Origin: Histomonas meleagridis 2922-C6/04-290x
Taxonomy: Eukaryota > Protista > Parabasalia
Assembly (NCBI GenBank): GCA_020184695.1
Contig: JAANOX010000232.1
Coordinates: 124,001 to 188,000, forward strand
Reading direction: 5' to 3'
DNA: 64,000 bases
Within the stretch, counting starts at the first letter, position 1. Every line of letters begins with the position of its first letter. A program made the position numbers and the translations under genes. The notes under the pieces were generated by a model. It was not told the origin of the DNA and ran no database searches. It worked only from the letters and a program-made list of their open reading frames with translations. Shown one piece after another: positions 53,704 to 64,000 of this stretch.

Positions 53704-55242
53704 TTAAAATGCTTCGACATTCCATTTGTGCTTTGACCAAAACTGCACTGCGTTTGTTCTGGTCATTTTCCCTTCGACGACTGCCACGTTTATCATAATG
53801 TTTCTTATGTCCTCTTGCGCGCTATTCTCTGGTCCGCAGTAATAAAAATGTGTTTCTGTGTTTTGCCATAATTTCCACAACTCGTTTGTGTTCGCCTTCA
53901 TCAAGTTTGTCACGTGGACTTTGTCCTCTTCTCTTGAGACAGCCAAATATAACTTGTCGATGACTCCGTCATGTTCATATCCAGCAAGAAGATCAATGAT
54001 TGGCTGACACATCTTACGCGAACGAACGCCAAAAAACAAGAGACAAGGCCCAAAGTTTCCTTTTCTTCGATGATCGAGTAATGATAAAACTGGTGCAATA
54101 CCACTTCCCAAAGCAGTGATAATTAATGGAGTAGAGCTTTCTGATGGATATTCAAATGACCCATCGATGATTCGTATCGCGATTTGTGTTGTGGTTTCTA
54201 ATTGCAAAAAGTGTGTCGCTAAACCGTAGTAACCGTTGTCAAAACCGAAAAATACATCGACAACAACTAAATCAACAGAGCCTTCTCTTTCACTAGCAAC
54301 TGAGTATGAACGTGGTACAATAACTTCGGCAAGTGAAAGGAACTTCTCAAGAGGATTGACTACATGTGGATATTTTAAGAGAAATTCGGCCATCGTTTTA
54401 ACTTCATTATCAAATGGTATATCGAAAGCTGCAAACATGTCTGGATCTGGTCTGCAATTTAGGTCAATATATTGCGTGAAAAGTTGTTTTATCGATATGA
54501 TTTTCGGAAACATTTTATTCGTGCTTGTAATCTTAAGTACAATGTTTCCGTCAAGTCCAACTTGCGTTAAAACATTGTTAACAACAGAGCTATCATTTTC
54601 TGGCATGATTAGGATTTGATCTCCTGCATTATAAGTCATACCATCCAGCAATTGCAAGGTATACTTATGCATGGTTGGGCTGTAATTATCAGATAAAACT
54701 TCTTTTTCGATGATTGGAACAAATTTGAATCCTTTTGGACAAATCTCTTGAACGGCCTCATCAACTTTTTCAATCTGGAATTGATGTTTATTTGTTTCGT
54801 TCTTAAAAGAGTTCATAGCTGATGTTACGTCGTTAATAAATTTTTCAATTTTCCCTGTTCCATAATCTGGTTCACATCGATCTGATTTTACATATGGAAG
54901 AAATGGTTGTGCGCCCATGCTTTTGAGTAGAGTGAATAAGTTATCACCAGCACGGCAAAAAAGTTGATAATAACTACTGCCAAGTCCAAGTAAAGCAAAC
55001 TTAAGTTTACTTAAGTCAACTAGTGAATCTGTAATTCTCTTGGCAAATTTTTTACTGTTTACAGGATATTGCCCATTTCCAATTGTGGATATCACAAAAA
55101 TTCCATATTTTGCATTGCTAATTGTATCGTTTGATAAGTCATTTAATGTTACTGCTTCAATGCCAAGATTTGAGGCGATTTTCTTTGCAGCATTGCCTGC
55201 AGCACCTCGAGTAGTTCCATAAGCAACTACAATTTCAGACAT
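53704..55242 (-). CDS. Diflavin reductase (flavodoxin + FAD + NAD(P)-binding; CPR/NDOR-like)
   Basis: YGTTRGAA, STIGNG, FALLGLGSSYY..FC, PRSYSVAS, GSGIAP, LFFGVR, YYCGP. Confidence 0.88.
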   Translation of the reverse strand: MSEIVVAYGTTRGAAGNAAKKIASNLGIEAVTLNDLSNDTISNAKYGIFVISTIGNGQYPVNSKKFAKRITDSLVDLSKLKFALLGLGSSYYQLFCRAGDNLFTLLKSMGAQPFLPYVKSDRCEPDYGTGKIEKFINDVTSAMNSFKNETNKHQFQIEKVDEAVQEICPKGFKFVPIIEKEVLSDNYSPTMHKYTLQLLDGMTYNAGDQILIMPENDSSVVNNVLTQVGLDGNIVLKITSTNKMFPKIISIKQLFTQYIDLNCRPDPDMFAAFDIPFDNEVKTMAEFLLKYPHVVNPLEKFLSLAEVIVPRSYSVASEREGSVDLVVVDVFFGFDNGYYGLATHFLQLETTTQIAIRIIDGSFEYPSESSTPLIITALGSGIAPVLSLLDHRRKGNFGPCLLFFGVRSRKMCQPIIDLLAGYEHDGVIDKLYLAVSREEDKVHVTNLMKANTNELWKLWQNTETHFYYCGPENSAQEDIRNIMINVAVVEGKMTRTNAVQFWSKHKWNVEAF

Positions 55243-55324
55243 AAAGTGAACCGACCAACGATAAAAACGGTTAATGAAATAAACGCTTTATTTTTTATAT
55301 TTTCTCCAATGTCAACAATAATTT

Positions 55325-55515
55325 CACGATATAGGTATGCCATTTTCAGGCAAACAAACAAGTGCTTCCCAAAATATTTTAAATTATGTAGCAAATTATT
55401 AAAATAAATAATAAAATTATTAACACCAATTTTGTTCAAAAAATAAATTAACTATTTCTGCATCACCTGTTTCAGATGCAAACACAATTATGTTCTGTAT
55501 TAAATAATTTCAAGA
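55325..55515 (-). repeat. Degenerate orphan copy of the ankyrin cassette/spacer unit
   Basis: AATTATTTAATACAG..FASETGDAEIVNLFFEQ..ATTTATTTTAATAATTTG..AAAATATTTTGGGAAGCACTT. Confidence 0.7.
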
Positions 55516-56286
55516 GTAATTAAATTATGCCTGCAATTATAGAAGAAACAAAATAACTTTCACTTGTTTTACACAATATATGGAGGTCAAATAACACTTA
55601 TTAAAAATAGCATAATATTATGGTTTAGAAATTTTATTAATTTATCTTAATAATGAACCTTTATTAATGCTTAATAATTAAAATCCCAAAATTTCATTCT
55701 TACTCATCAAAGTGATAATATATCATTGTACTCTAGATGAAATATATTTTTATATGTATTTGATACATTCAAAAGAAACCTTTTCCCAATGGTAAATCAT
55801 TTCATTGTACTGCAAGTTTCCTGATACTTGTTTTATGATTGTTCATCGCTTTTCTTATGTTGATTCAAATGATTTTATATTTGTAGTTTTTCTCAAATGA
55901 AAAACTCATTAAACAAATTTAAGAATTAGGCTCAATGATTTTGTGTTAAACTTCATAAAAATTGTTCTAAAATTTCTGAACATACATAAAATAATTGTAA
56001 TCTTTTTTGGAATCAATTGTGGCAAGAAACTCTCATCCATTGAAATTTAACCAACAAATCCGTAATTTTGGGAGACTTTCAAAACATTTTAATTAATTTA
56101 CAATGTAACAGAAAACACTCAATTCCAAATAACTGTTCGAAAGTGAAAATGAATGCTTTGTTATCAACAAAACTCAGATTTTATACCTGGCAAGAAGCAA
56201 CCATAAAAAATTGAATGCAAAGGTTTCTTTGTTGTAACACATTTGAATGAATCAAAATTCATGAACTCTAAGGATTTGAATTCCAA

Positions 56287-56862
56287 ATGCGAGTTTTTTG
56301 TTTTTTTGAATGCACCTTGGGGATGACTTCACATCACTCTTTTATGGCAGAGTCTAATTTGGATGAGTTGGTAAGAAAATGTGAGGCAACTATCAAAAAT
56401 GAAAACAAAAAAGTGATAATAATCGATGTATTGACTACAATTTCTGCTTTTATGGAATCACATTCAGATGAAGTTCAGGAAATTTTTGGACTAACAGGTG
56501 TGTTGTTTTTCATTAAAGATCAAGCTATTGGACTATATAGACAGAAATTCCAATCATTCATAAAATCAATATCAACTCCAATGTGCACAACTTCGATTAA
56601 TAATTATTTCAGATGTCTTCATTATGATCATTCTCAAAAGCCTATTTTTGACCTTGTTTATAAATATTATTATACAAATGTACTGAAGATACAACCAAAC
56701 ATAAATTTTAATATAAAACAAATTACATTTCGAGTTTTTAGAAATTTTAACATTATTCCTTCTTCAAAATTCATCTCTGCCGTAAAGAAACCAATACATA
56801 AGTCAAAGAAATTTGATGCTTTTCTTTCACCTTCTTATCCATGGCACCTTTACTTCGTCTAA
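56287..56862 (+). CDS. Possible initiator-binding-domain (IBD) family protein
   Basis: LTGVLFF..AIGLYRQKFQSFI..CTTSINNYFRCLHY resembles the parabasalid IBD pattern; true start may be a later Met. Confidence 0.5.
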   Translation: MRVFCFFECTLGMTSHHSFMAESNLDELVRKCEATIKNENKKVIIIDVLTTISAFMESHSDEVQEIFGLTGVLFFIKDQAIGLYRQKFQSFIKSISTPMCTTSINNYFRCLHYDHSQKPIFDLVYKYYYTNVLKIQPNINFNIKQITFRVFRNFNIIPSSKFISAVKKPIHKSKKFDAFLSPSYPWHLYFV

Positions 56863-57108
56863 TAAATCTAATTTTAAGTTTTCTATTTTATTTTTTCTTT
56901 AAAATAATTTTGGTATTTTTTTTGAACAAAATTATTTATTAAATATATATTTTGCCAAAATATTTGTTTCATGGTTTAGATAAGAATTGATGCTTCCATT
57001 TGGTTATATTTATTTAAACTTAATTACTCGAAAATCTTTAAACACCCGAATTTAGGATTTTATTTGACTTTAACGTTTTTATCTATCGTTCAGGCACTGT
57101 CAAACCTA

Positions 57109-57993
57109 ATGAACTTGTTCGCGAGCAGGAAAGATATATTATGCCAAGAAATGACCAACACATACAATGCACTTGTTCAAGCTTCAAATTTCCGCAAAGC
57201 TTATGCTAAAAGCTGGAGTGATTTTGGATCAACAGCATGTGCTATGATGGCTTCTCAAATTCCTGAGCTCAAACATCAATTCGAAGAAATGAGAAAGCTT
57301 TTTAATGACGTAGCCGAAATTCATGTCCGCTTAGCCGAAGGTGAATTACGAAATGCAGAAGATTTTCGTGATGTTATCGAGCGTTTTGCAGTTGCCTTTC
57401 GAGCCAACGAGGAGTCTTACAATTATAAAGAAGTCTATAAAATGGCTCGTAGGAAGTATCAATCATTACTTGATAAAAAGAAGCAACTTGAGTCAAAAAC
57501 AGGCGGAGAAAAGGAACTACCTAAGGTAAATGTTCAAATTGAGGATCAAAAACATGTTGTTATCAAAGCCATTAATGCTTATATCAAAAAAGTCAAATTC
57601 CTTCGAGAAGCTAAAGATAAATATAACAAGTTCAAGATTCGCCGTATGAAGCACGGATGGGTTAGGTACACAGAATCACTGAAGAAAGCCACTGATGAAG
57701 AAATTGCCAAATTTACTGAAATTCAAGATTTGCTTTCCTCACTTAAAGTTATTGACCCTAAAGCAGGTGAAGCTGCAGAAGCTATGGTTGCCCAACAAAT
57801 GTCAGTATCTCCACCAGAACCTGTTCAAATGCCAAATGCACCAGATTTACCTGAAGAGGAAAAGGAAAATGAACAAGATGAACAAGAAGAAGAGAAAGAG
57901 GATAAAGAAAGCGATGAAGAAATAGTCGAAGAACAACAACAGGAAACAATTAATGGAAATATGAATGAACCATTATTCGACGACTTTGAATAA
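57109..57993 (+). CDS. BAR-like coiled-coil protein with acidic tail
   Basis: RLAEGELRNAEDFRDVIERF..; ATG at 57109; E/D-rich C-terminus. Confidence 0.75.
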   Translation: MNLFASRKDILCQEMTNTYNALVQASNFRKAYAKSWSDFGSTACAMMASQIPELKHQFEEMRKLFNDVAEIHVRLAEGELRNAEDFRDVIERFAVAFRANEESYNYKEVYKMARRKYQSLLDKKKQLESKTGGEKELPKVNVQIEDQKHVVIKAINAYIKKVKFLREAKDKYNKFKIRRMKHGWVRYTESLKKATDEEIAKFTEIQDLLSSLKVIDPKAGEAAEAMVAQQMSVSPPEPVQMPNAPDLPEEEKENEQDEQEEEKEDKESDEEIVEEQQQETINGNMNEPLFDDFE

Positions 57994-58488
57994 GGAAATT
58001 ACTAAAATTTGAATTAATTTTATAAAAATGCAATTTCACTTATTTTTTCCTGTTGTTGAAAAAATTTTATGCTTGATTCTTTACGCTGTTAAATGATCCA
58101 TATGTGTGGATTCCAAAAAAAAATTGATATATTTAAGTTATTAGCTCAATAAAATAAATCCATTTTTGTTAAACATATGTTAGTTTTTATGATTTTACTG
58201 AAGAAGAATAAATTTATTGATTTATTAAATTAGGAATTTAAGCACAAAATACAGAGATAAAACTTTTGCATTCATCTTACAATGTAATTACGTGTTATTT
58301 AAAACTTTGTAACAAGTTATATCTCAGAATTAAAAATATTTTTTCTTTTCATCCGCAACTTCATTTCTAAAGCGGTTATTCTCACAAAAAGTCAAAACCA
58401 TTGGTGTAAAAAGTTTCACTGCGTTACAACCACTTTTTGAAATACGATTTTTGTGAGTAATAAACGGTTTTGAACCTTGTTGGTTTAT

Positions 58489-59091
58489 TTAGCAGCTGCA
58501 CTTGTTGCCCTTCTTTTCTTTTGACTCGATTGTAACAACTGCAGGCCCACTAGGTGCTTCATCTTTGATTGAATTAAGTGCAACTTGAGCAACACGCATG
58601 ATCATTTTATCAACATTGTCACCAGTTGTAGCAGAGATTTCAAAGTATTCAGCTCCATGTTTGTTTGCAACTTCTTGGCCTTGTTCAGTTGAAACAACTC
58701 TTTCGTCAACAAGATCGATCTTATTTCCAATTACAAAGAGAACAGGAGGAGGAGAAGTTCCTGACTTAACACCAGTTGCCCAGAAATCAATTTCACCGAG
58801 GGATGCTGAATCAGTAACTGAGAAAACGATAACAGCTACCTTTGCACCACGATAGTACATTGGAACTAATGTTTTGAACCTCTCTTGACCGGCGGTATCC
58901 CAAATCTGCAACTTCACTGTTTTTCCATCGACGTCAAAAGATTTAGAAGCATAACAAGCACCGATTGTTGGTTTAATGGATGGATCGAATTCACCGCTTG
59001 TTACTCTTGTGACGATACTTGTTTTGCCTACCATTGTTGTTCCTAGAAGAACAACCTTTGCTTCTGGTACTGTTTCAGCTTTTGCAGCCAT
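58489..59091 (-). CDS. Rab GTPase, Rab5/21-like
   Basis: GTTMVGKT, PTIGACY, WDTAGQERF, GNKID, C-terminal CSC. Confidence 0.92.
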   Translation of the reverse strand: MAAKAETVPEAKVVLLGTTMVGKTSIVTRVTSGEFDPSIKPTIGACYASKSFDVDGKTVKLQIWDTAGQERFKTLVPMYYRGAKVAVIVFSVTDSASLGEIDFWATGVKSGTSPPPVLFVIGNKIDLVDERVVSTEQGQEVANKHGAEYFEISATTGDNVDKMIMRVAQVALNSIKDEAPSGPAVVTIESKEKKGNKCSC

Positions 59092-59221
59092 TTATTTTTT
59101 GACATTGTTTGCACTTTTTGTTATTGTTCAAATTCTTATCGTCGTTCAAAAAGTTCGCTGTCACTTTTGCCGCAGGCTTTGGTCGTACGGCATTCAATTT
59201 GGTTGGTTCACATTTAGTAAA

Positions 59222-59884
59222 ATGTCTTGCAATAAGTTCGCTGCTTCAATGGCACAAACCTATGTCTCCGCTGCATTAGGTAGTGCTGTTTCTCAAATGG
59301 CCACACGTGGACTTAATGGTAACGCAAAACCATTCTGTGTTAAGGACGCTGTTATTCCATCAATGATGACTGGTACTGCTTTCATTGCTTACCCAGTGGC
59401 CGTTCAAATCCTTAAGCAAAATTGCCCAACATTCAAGAAGAACTTAGAAGATCCAAAAGGAAACAAAGCACTTGTTTACATTGAAGGCGGTGCACTTGGT
59501 GCTGCAATCGTTACAGCCATGAACTACCCATTAAGTGTTATCCAACAAAAGAAGAACTGCAAGGATGCATGCAATCCAAAGAATGTTCTTGGATTTTATG
59601 TTGATCAAATTGGTTCATCCATTGGCTTTGCTGCTACAAATGGTACCCTTTCTCCTCTCGTCCCAGTTCCAAAGAATTCACTTCTTGCATATGTTCGTAA
59701 TCATGCAATTGTCCATGCTGCTAACATTGGTGGAAAACTTCTTTCTGCACCAATTCATTATGTCCGCCATGGTACAAAACTTTCCAGCATGATCGGTGGC
59801 TATATCAAAGGAATGATTGGTGTTGACATCACTGGCGATGCTACAGCACACTTCAAGAATGTTCTTGGTTTTATGATTCAGTAA
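59222..59884 (+). CDS. 220-aa hydrophobic parabasalid protein, possibly of the hydrogenosomal membrane protein (Hmp23-like) family
   Basis: ATG at 59222, codon usage like highly expressed genes, several amphipathic or hydrophobic helices; the family call is from recollection only. Confidence 0.6.
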   Translation: MSCNKFAASMAQTYVSAALGSAVSQMATRGLNGNAKPFCVKDAVIPSMMTGTAFIAYPVAVQILKQNCPTFKKNLEDPKGNKALVYIEGGALGAAIVTAMNYPLSVIQQKKNCKDACNPKNVLGFYVDQIGSSIGFAATNGTLSPLVPVPKNSLLAYVRNHAIVHAANIGGKLLSAPIHYVRHGTKLSSMIGGYIKGMIGVDITGDATAHFKNVLGFMIQ

Positions 59885-60028
59885 AGATCACGCTAAGTCG
59901 TGAATATTATTTTAAAGTAAACAAATTTGAGGACTTACAATTTATCTAACTCTGTTTACACCTTGTAATAAAAAAGTGGTAAATTAAAAATTTTACAACT
60001 GTTTTTGAATTAACGATAAGTGTTAAAT

Positions 60029-60411
60029 CAAAACTTATCGGCAAGCGTGAACATTAAGGAACGGATTGAATATTTATCGTCTTTTTATAACGACCCTTGC
60101 GATTTTGTGTTGAAATTGATCGTTTTTGATTGAGAGGGCGTTCAAAAAACCGCTACGATGTGAGTGTCTTGCTGTGATTTTATCATCGCAGGAGTAGCCG
60201 CCTTCCATGTGCCAAAATAACAGAGTGGTTCAGCAGAAAAGGCCGAAGGCCTTATGCCGAACTACTCTGAAATGCACAGCAAGTACTCTCCATCCTATAA
60301 TAAATTCCAATTCCAATTCTACCTACAATTCACCCAAGACGACGGTTTATGCCTTTCATTTTACAACCATCCAATCCGTTCCTTAACGTTCACGCTTGCC
60401 GATAAGTTTTG
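60029..60411. other. 383-bp foldback element (structured ncRNA or MITE-like)
   Basis: 40-bp inverted arms 60029-60068 and 60372-60411 (39/40 match) enclosing nested helices; GC-rich relative to its flanks. Confidence 0.8.
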
Positions 60412-60627
60412 TTTTCATGTGAGAAATTTCCAATATTACACATGTAACAATAAATGTTTTAAAAAATATGTAGGTAACTAAAAAAAGTAACAAGGAGTAG
60501 AAAGAAAAATGTCAAAAGGAGATTTTTCAATTTCTTTAAAAAAAATTTAATTTAAATTATTATTAAAATGCCAATGAGCATTTGTTTGCTCATGCTAAAT
60601 ATTACTAAATTGTTGTGTGTTTAGTGT

Positions 60628-61125
60628 TTACTTTGACATGCTTGATAACCATGCTGGGATTAAAGCTGAGCAAAGTTGTGAAAGGATCATAGATGTAGTG
60701 GGATGGAATGTACTGAAAAGGATATGGGAGTTGATAAGAAGAAGGAAACAATAAAATGCGTTATTGTAGAAGAGAGTGAACCAAAGACCTTCAGATTCAC
60801 GAACTTCACCTTTTGCTTGTTTCTTTGCATTCTTTTTTTGGAGGTTCCTTTGTTTTATAACCCATTGAGCAATAAATGAGTATGCTACAGTAAGGCCAAA
60901 GACACCACAAGCATAAGCAACGACAACATAAGGGATGTGAACTTTAAGATCAATACCACCAACTGTTATATAAAGAATGATTCCAATCAAACTTGTAATA
61001 AGAGCAAAAGGAAGATATTTTATATGAACTGAAAAACCTGTTTTTCGGCTAACCCTTAAGTCACTATAAAGCGACTCCTGATCTTCTTCTGATTGAACCT
61101 GACGCGGGCTCGATTTTCTTTTCAT
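60628..61125 (-). CDS. SSR3: Translocon-associated protein gamma (TRAP-gamma)
   Basis: EVRESEGLWFTLFYNNAFY..FSTFHPTTSMILS parallels EVADYEATTFSIFYNN..NFNPTVNYILS. Confidence 0.8.
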   Translation of the reverse strand: MKRKSSPRQVQSEEDQESLYSDLRVSRKTGFSVHIKYLPFALITSLIGIILYITVGGIDLKVHIPYVVVAYACGVFGLTVAYSFIAQWVIKQRNLQKKNAKKQAKGEVRESEGLWFTLFYNNAFYCFLLLINSHILFSTFHPTTSMILSQLCSALIPAWLSSMSK

Positions 61126-61253
61126 TTATTTTGTCACTTTTAATTGAATTTTGTGGCATTTTGGCTGGATAAACGGTTTACATTGAAAAATTGTTCACAT
61201 TACAAAAATTGCTAAAATGGAAATAATCGGTTTTTCCTTCGTTAATGTATTGT

Positions 61254-61835
61254 TTAACGATTTGACTTAGCAATACGCTCAAGTTCATCCTTCTTACGAA
61301 CGGCGTAGCTATCGTTAGTGTTTCCAGATGCTGCAATGAGTTCATCAGCAAGGCATTCAGCAATTGTCTTTGAAGAGCGGAATGCAGACTTACGAGCACC
61401 TTCTGTAATAAGGGCGAGTGATTGGTTGATACGACGGAGAGGTGATACATCGCATGCTTGACGACGAACTGTACCACCAACACCAATACGTGTTGAATCT
61501 TCACGAGCTCCACAGTACTGAACGGCCTTAACAAAGACAACAAGTGGGTTTTCGCCTGTAACTAAATTGATGAGATCAAATGCTTGGCGAACAATGCGGA
61601 TGGCCATAAGTTTCTTACCTGCGTTACGGCCGTGACACATAAGATAGCAAACAAAGCGTTCAACAAGTGGGCAATTTACCTTGTGGAATTGTTGATGTTG
61701 ATAACGACCTGCTGTATGTGGGAGAATGACTTGTTGCTTTTCGTGAACTGAAATATAGTCAACGAGGGCTTTATCGAGTAGTTCGAAATCAATATCGGAG
61801 TAAGACCACTTTCCGAAGAGCTTGACGTCTTGCAT
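61254..61835 (-). CDS. RPS5: 40S ribosomal protein S5 (uS7)
   Basis: [48 protein letters not shown]; ATG at 61835. Confidence 0.97.
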   Translation of the reverse strand: MQDVKLFGKWSYSDIDFELLDKALVDYISVHEKQQVILPHTAGRYQHQQFHKVNCPLVERFVCYLMCHGRNAGKKLMAIRIVRQAFDLINLVTGENPLVVFVKAVQYCGAREDSTRIGVGGTVRRQACDVSPLRRINQSLALITEGARKSAFRSSKTIAECLADELIAASGNTNDSYAVRKKDELERIAKSNR

Positions 61836-61917
61836 TAGAAAGGCCAAACAAACCTTCTCAATTTCCGACGGTTATTGACAATGGTCGAAGTCTGAAAAAC
61901 CGTTGGCCTTTTCCAAG
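61836..61917. promoter_or_regulatory. 82-bp bidirectional promoter of RPS5/RPL23 with mirrored M5 and M3 motifs
   Basis: TTGGCCTTT just upstream of both ATGs; GACGGTTA (+, 61867-61874) and AACGGTTT (-, 61897-61904). Confidence 0.75.
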
Positions 61918-62340
61918 ATGTCAAAGAGAGGACGCACTGGTCAACAAGGCACCAAGTTCGCAATGACACTCGCTTTACCAGTCGGCGCAGTTGTTCAATG
62001 CGCTGATAACTCTGGTGCCAAGACAATGTTTGTTATTTCAAAGCGTGGTCATAAGGGTAGACTTAACAGACTCCCAGCAGCTACAGTTTCTGATCTTATT
62101 GTTGTTACCATCAAGAAAGGTAAACCAACACTCCGTAAGAAGGTTATGTGTGCAGTTATCGTCCGTCAAAAGAGATTATGGCGTCGTAAGGACGGTGTTG
62201 TTATTGGTTTCGAAGATAATGCAGGTGTTGTTATCAACGATAAGGGTGAAATGAAAGGTTCTGCAATCACAGGTCCAGTTGCCAAAGAATGTGCCGAACT
62301 TTGGCCAAAGATTGCCAGCGTTGCTCCAGCCGTTTTCTAA
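61918..62340 (+). CDS. RPL23: 60S ribosomal protein L23 (uL14)
   Basis: [48 protein letters not shown]; ATG at 61918. Confidence 0.97.
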   Translation: MSKRGRTGQQGTKFAMTLALPVGAVVQCADNSGAKTMFVISKRGHKGRLNRLPAATVSDLIVVTIKKGKPTLRKKVMCAVIVRQKRLWRRKDGVVIGFEDNAGVVINDKGEMKGSAITGPVAKECAELWPKIASVAPAVF

Positions 62341-62478
62341 AGAATAACGCTAAAGAATGGTTTTATTTCTTTTTTCTTATCTCCAAAAAATTTGGTTTTT
62401 TTAGATCATAAAAATCAAACAAACATTGTCAATTTACCACTTTTGTACTAATAAATTAACGTCTTCTTTCACTTTGAA

Positions 62479-62907
62479 ATGTCTGTCTCTGTTGATATTA
62501 CATCTGAATGCCGAAATGCTTTCGATAAGCTTCGTGTTAGCAGAGTTCCAAATCACTCATTCATCATAAGACCAGATCCTGAAACACTTAAATGCGAATT
62601 AGAATATGAATTCCCAGAAGGAAAATCTCTTGATGACTTGGCTGACTTACTCCCAAAAAATGAACCACGCTTCATTGTAATGATGGTTGAACGTATCCAT
62701 GCTGATGGAATTCGAAAATCTTATCCTTTACTTCTTATAGCATACTGTCCGACTGGACTTGCTCCACAAGTTAACATTGTTTTTACAAATGCTCGCTCAT
62801 CGATTTCACGAGATTTTCAACTTGACTTAATATGGGATGTCAAGAAATCAATTCTTCTTGGTGATGAAGAACTCAAAGAAAGGTTTGAAACAAACAAGTG
62901 GAACTAG
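62479..62907 (+). CDS. GMF: Glia maturation factor (ADF-H family)
   Basis: LPKNEPRFIV..HADGIRKSYPLLLIAYCPTG. Confidence 0.8.
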   Translation: MSVSVDITSECRNAFDKLRVSRVPNHSFIIRPDPETLKCELEYEFPEGKSLDDLADLLPKNEPRFIVMMVERIHADGIRKSYPLLLIAYCPTGLAPQVNIVFTNARSSISRDFQLDLIWDVKKSILLGDEELKERFETNKWN

Positions 62908-63227
62908 TGAATTATGAATTAAATTAATAACTTAATATCTTGTTTTTTTAATCATTCATATTTCAGTTCTTGGATATAAGTTTCCAATCTGAAATTATAA
63001 AACTATAAAATGTGTACAACCATGGAAGTAATATTCCATGGTGAGCATTTAGAAAGTCATTTTTTTAATTGAAAATTGATTATTGAATAAAATTCATTCT
63101 AATAAAAATATTTTAAATGGCATACAGAAGATTGTCACTGAATAAAAAATGTTTGACCAACATTTAGCAAAATGAAGAAAAAACTGATTTTTATTCAAGC
63201 ATCAGTAATAATATTACTTCCTGCCTT

Positions 63228-63659
63228 TTAAACATTTTTCTTTTTGCTTAGGTTAATTTTTGAAAAGACTTTATCAGATTGAAACATTTTTATCCATTTA
63301 CTGGTGACTGCCGAATTTGAATCAATTTCTCCAATATTATTAGGGAAAATATATGATTTAATTGGATCAATTTTTTTGATGCTATGAGTTATTGAAGCAG
63401 GTAGAGGTTTGGCGAATTTATTATGATTTCTACTGAGATCATTGTCATTTTTTGCGAAGGATGCTTCTGAATGAGTACCTTTTAATATTGATGTGTAACT
63501 CTTTAGTATAATGGATTTTTTGGATGTATCAACTGATACAACAGGTTTTTGTGAACGTTTGGGGTTTAAGAATGAATTAGAATTAGAAGAATCGAATTTA
63601 CCTTGTTTAGATTTGATATTTGGGTTTCTTAATAGGCACCATACGAAGCAAAAAATCAT
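63228..63659 (-). CDS. Hypothetical ORF, possibly the 3' part of a frameshifted gene
   Basis: 143-aa S/K-rich ORF; broken coding-like frames continue toward the window end. Confidence 0.35.
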   Translation of the reverse strand: MIFCFVWCLLRNPNIKSKQGKFDSSNSNSFLNPKRSQKPVVSVDTSKKSIILKSYTSILKGTHSEASFAKNDNDLSRNHNKFAKPLPASITHSIKKIDPIKSYIFPNNIGEIDSNSAVTSKWIKMFQSDKVFSKINLSKKKNV

Positions 63660-64000
63660 TGTTTAAAAGTGTTAACATTTTGTCAAACAGTTCAAATTTT
63701 GAAAGAAATTCAACTTTTTCAAAAGTATGGTTTGATCGTTTTTGAACGTGTTTTACAACCACGTGGTTTGGAAGTTTGGGTAAAGCTCAAAATATTTGGC
63801 ATTTTTTCTTTGGTTTACTCATATCGGAACCACCTCTCAGAAATTTTTTTCAACTCATTCAATTGGAATTGAATATCAGTTGTCATTTAGGGTGCATCCT
63901 TAAAGCGTATGCCTAATGATGAAATTATCATAAACACAGGAGATAAAAACTTGATTAATTTATCATCCTGCTTGAAATTCCTAGTTGAGCTTGAGAAATA

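Noticed and set aside
56180-56260. ATACCTGGCA resembling the U1 snRNA 5' end
   Set aside because: Lacks the full ACTTACCTG and has no convincing U1 stems, SL2 loop or Sm site
58976-59221. Apparent 302-aa ORF overlapping the Rab gene antisense
   Set aside because: The first 82 codons are the antisense shadow of the Rab gene plus the intergenic region; the real start is probably ATG 59222
1-64000. tRNA/rRNA genes and canonical trichomonad GT..ACTAAC..AG introns
   Set aside because: None recognised by eye; a tRNAscan-SE or Infernal run would be needed to exclude them

Overview
Gene-dense, strongly AT-rich, essentially intron-free eukaryotic DNA from a parabasalid (trichomonad; the genus cannot be fixed from sequence alone). 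The assignment rests on a trichomonad-type beta-tubulin ([17 protein letters not shown]), DUF3447/ankyrin and BspA families, an IBD-like protein, and M5 (CCTTT)/M3 (RCGGTT) core promoter motifs. Housekeeping blocks (VPS24, TUBB, RPL14, XPO1, CK2-like, Akt-like, SLY1, PRP19 fragment, metacaspase, Rabs, SSR3, RPS5/RPL23, GMF) surround an accessory zone at about 26-42 kb that is full of decayed genes. The most striking structure is two DUF3447-ankyrin loci on opposite strands (29127-31129 and 37537-39759). In each, the long ORF is followed by an exact 170-bp tandem array: intact 90-nt ankyrin cassettes separated by conserved 80-nt AT-rich, frame-breaking spacers that mostly lack GT-AG ends. A full-length protein would need an unexplained splicing, excision or recoding step; otherwise these are homogenised pseudo-repeats. 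The second notable element is a 383-bp foldback at 60029-60411 with 40-bp arms and nested GC-rich helices, either a structured ncRNA or a MITE-like element. Many ORF-track starts use TTG/GTG and were corrected here to the likely ATG. No database searches were run; family calls come from motif recognition.
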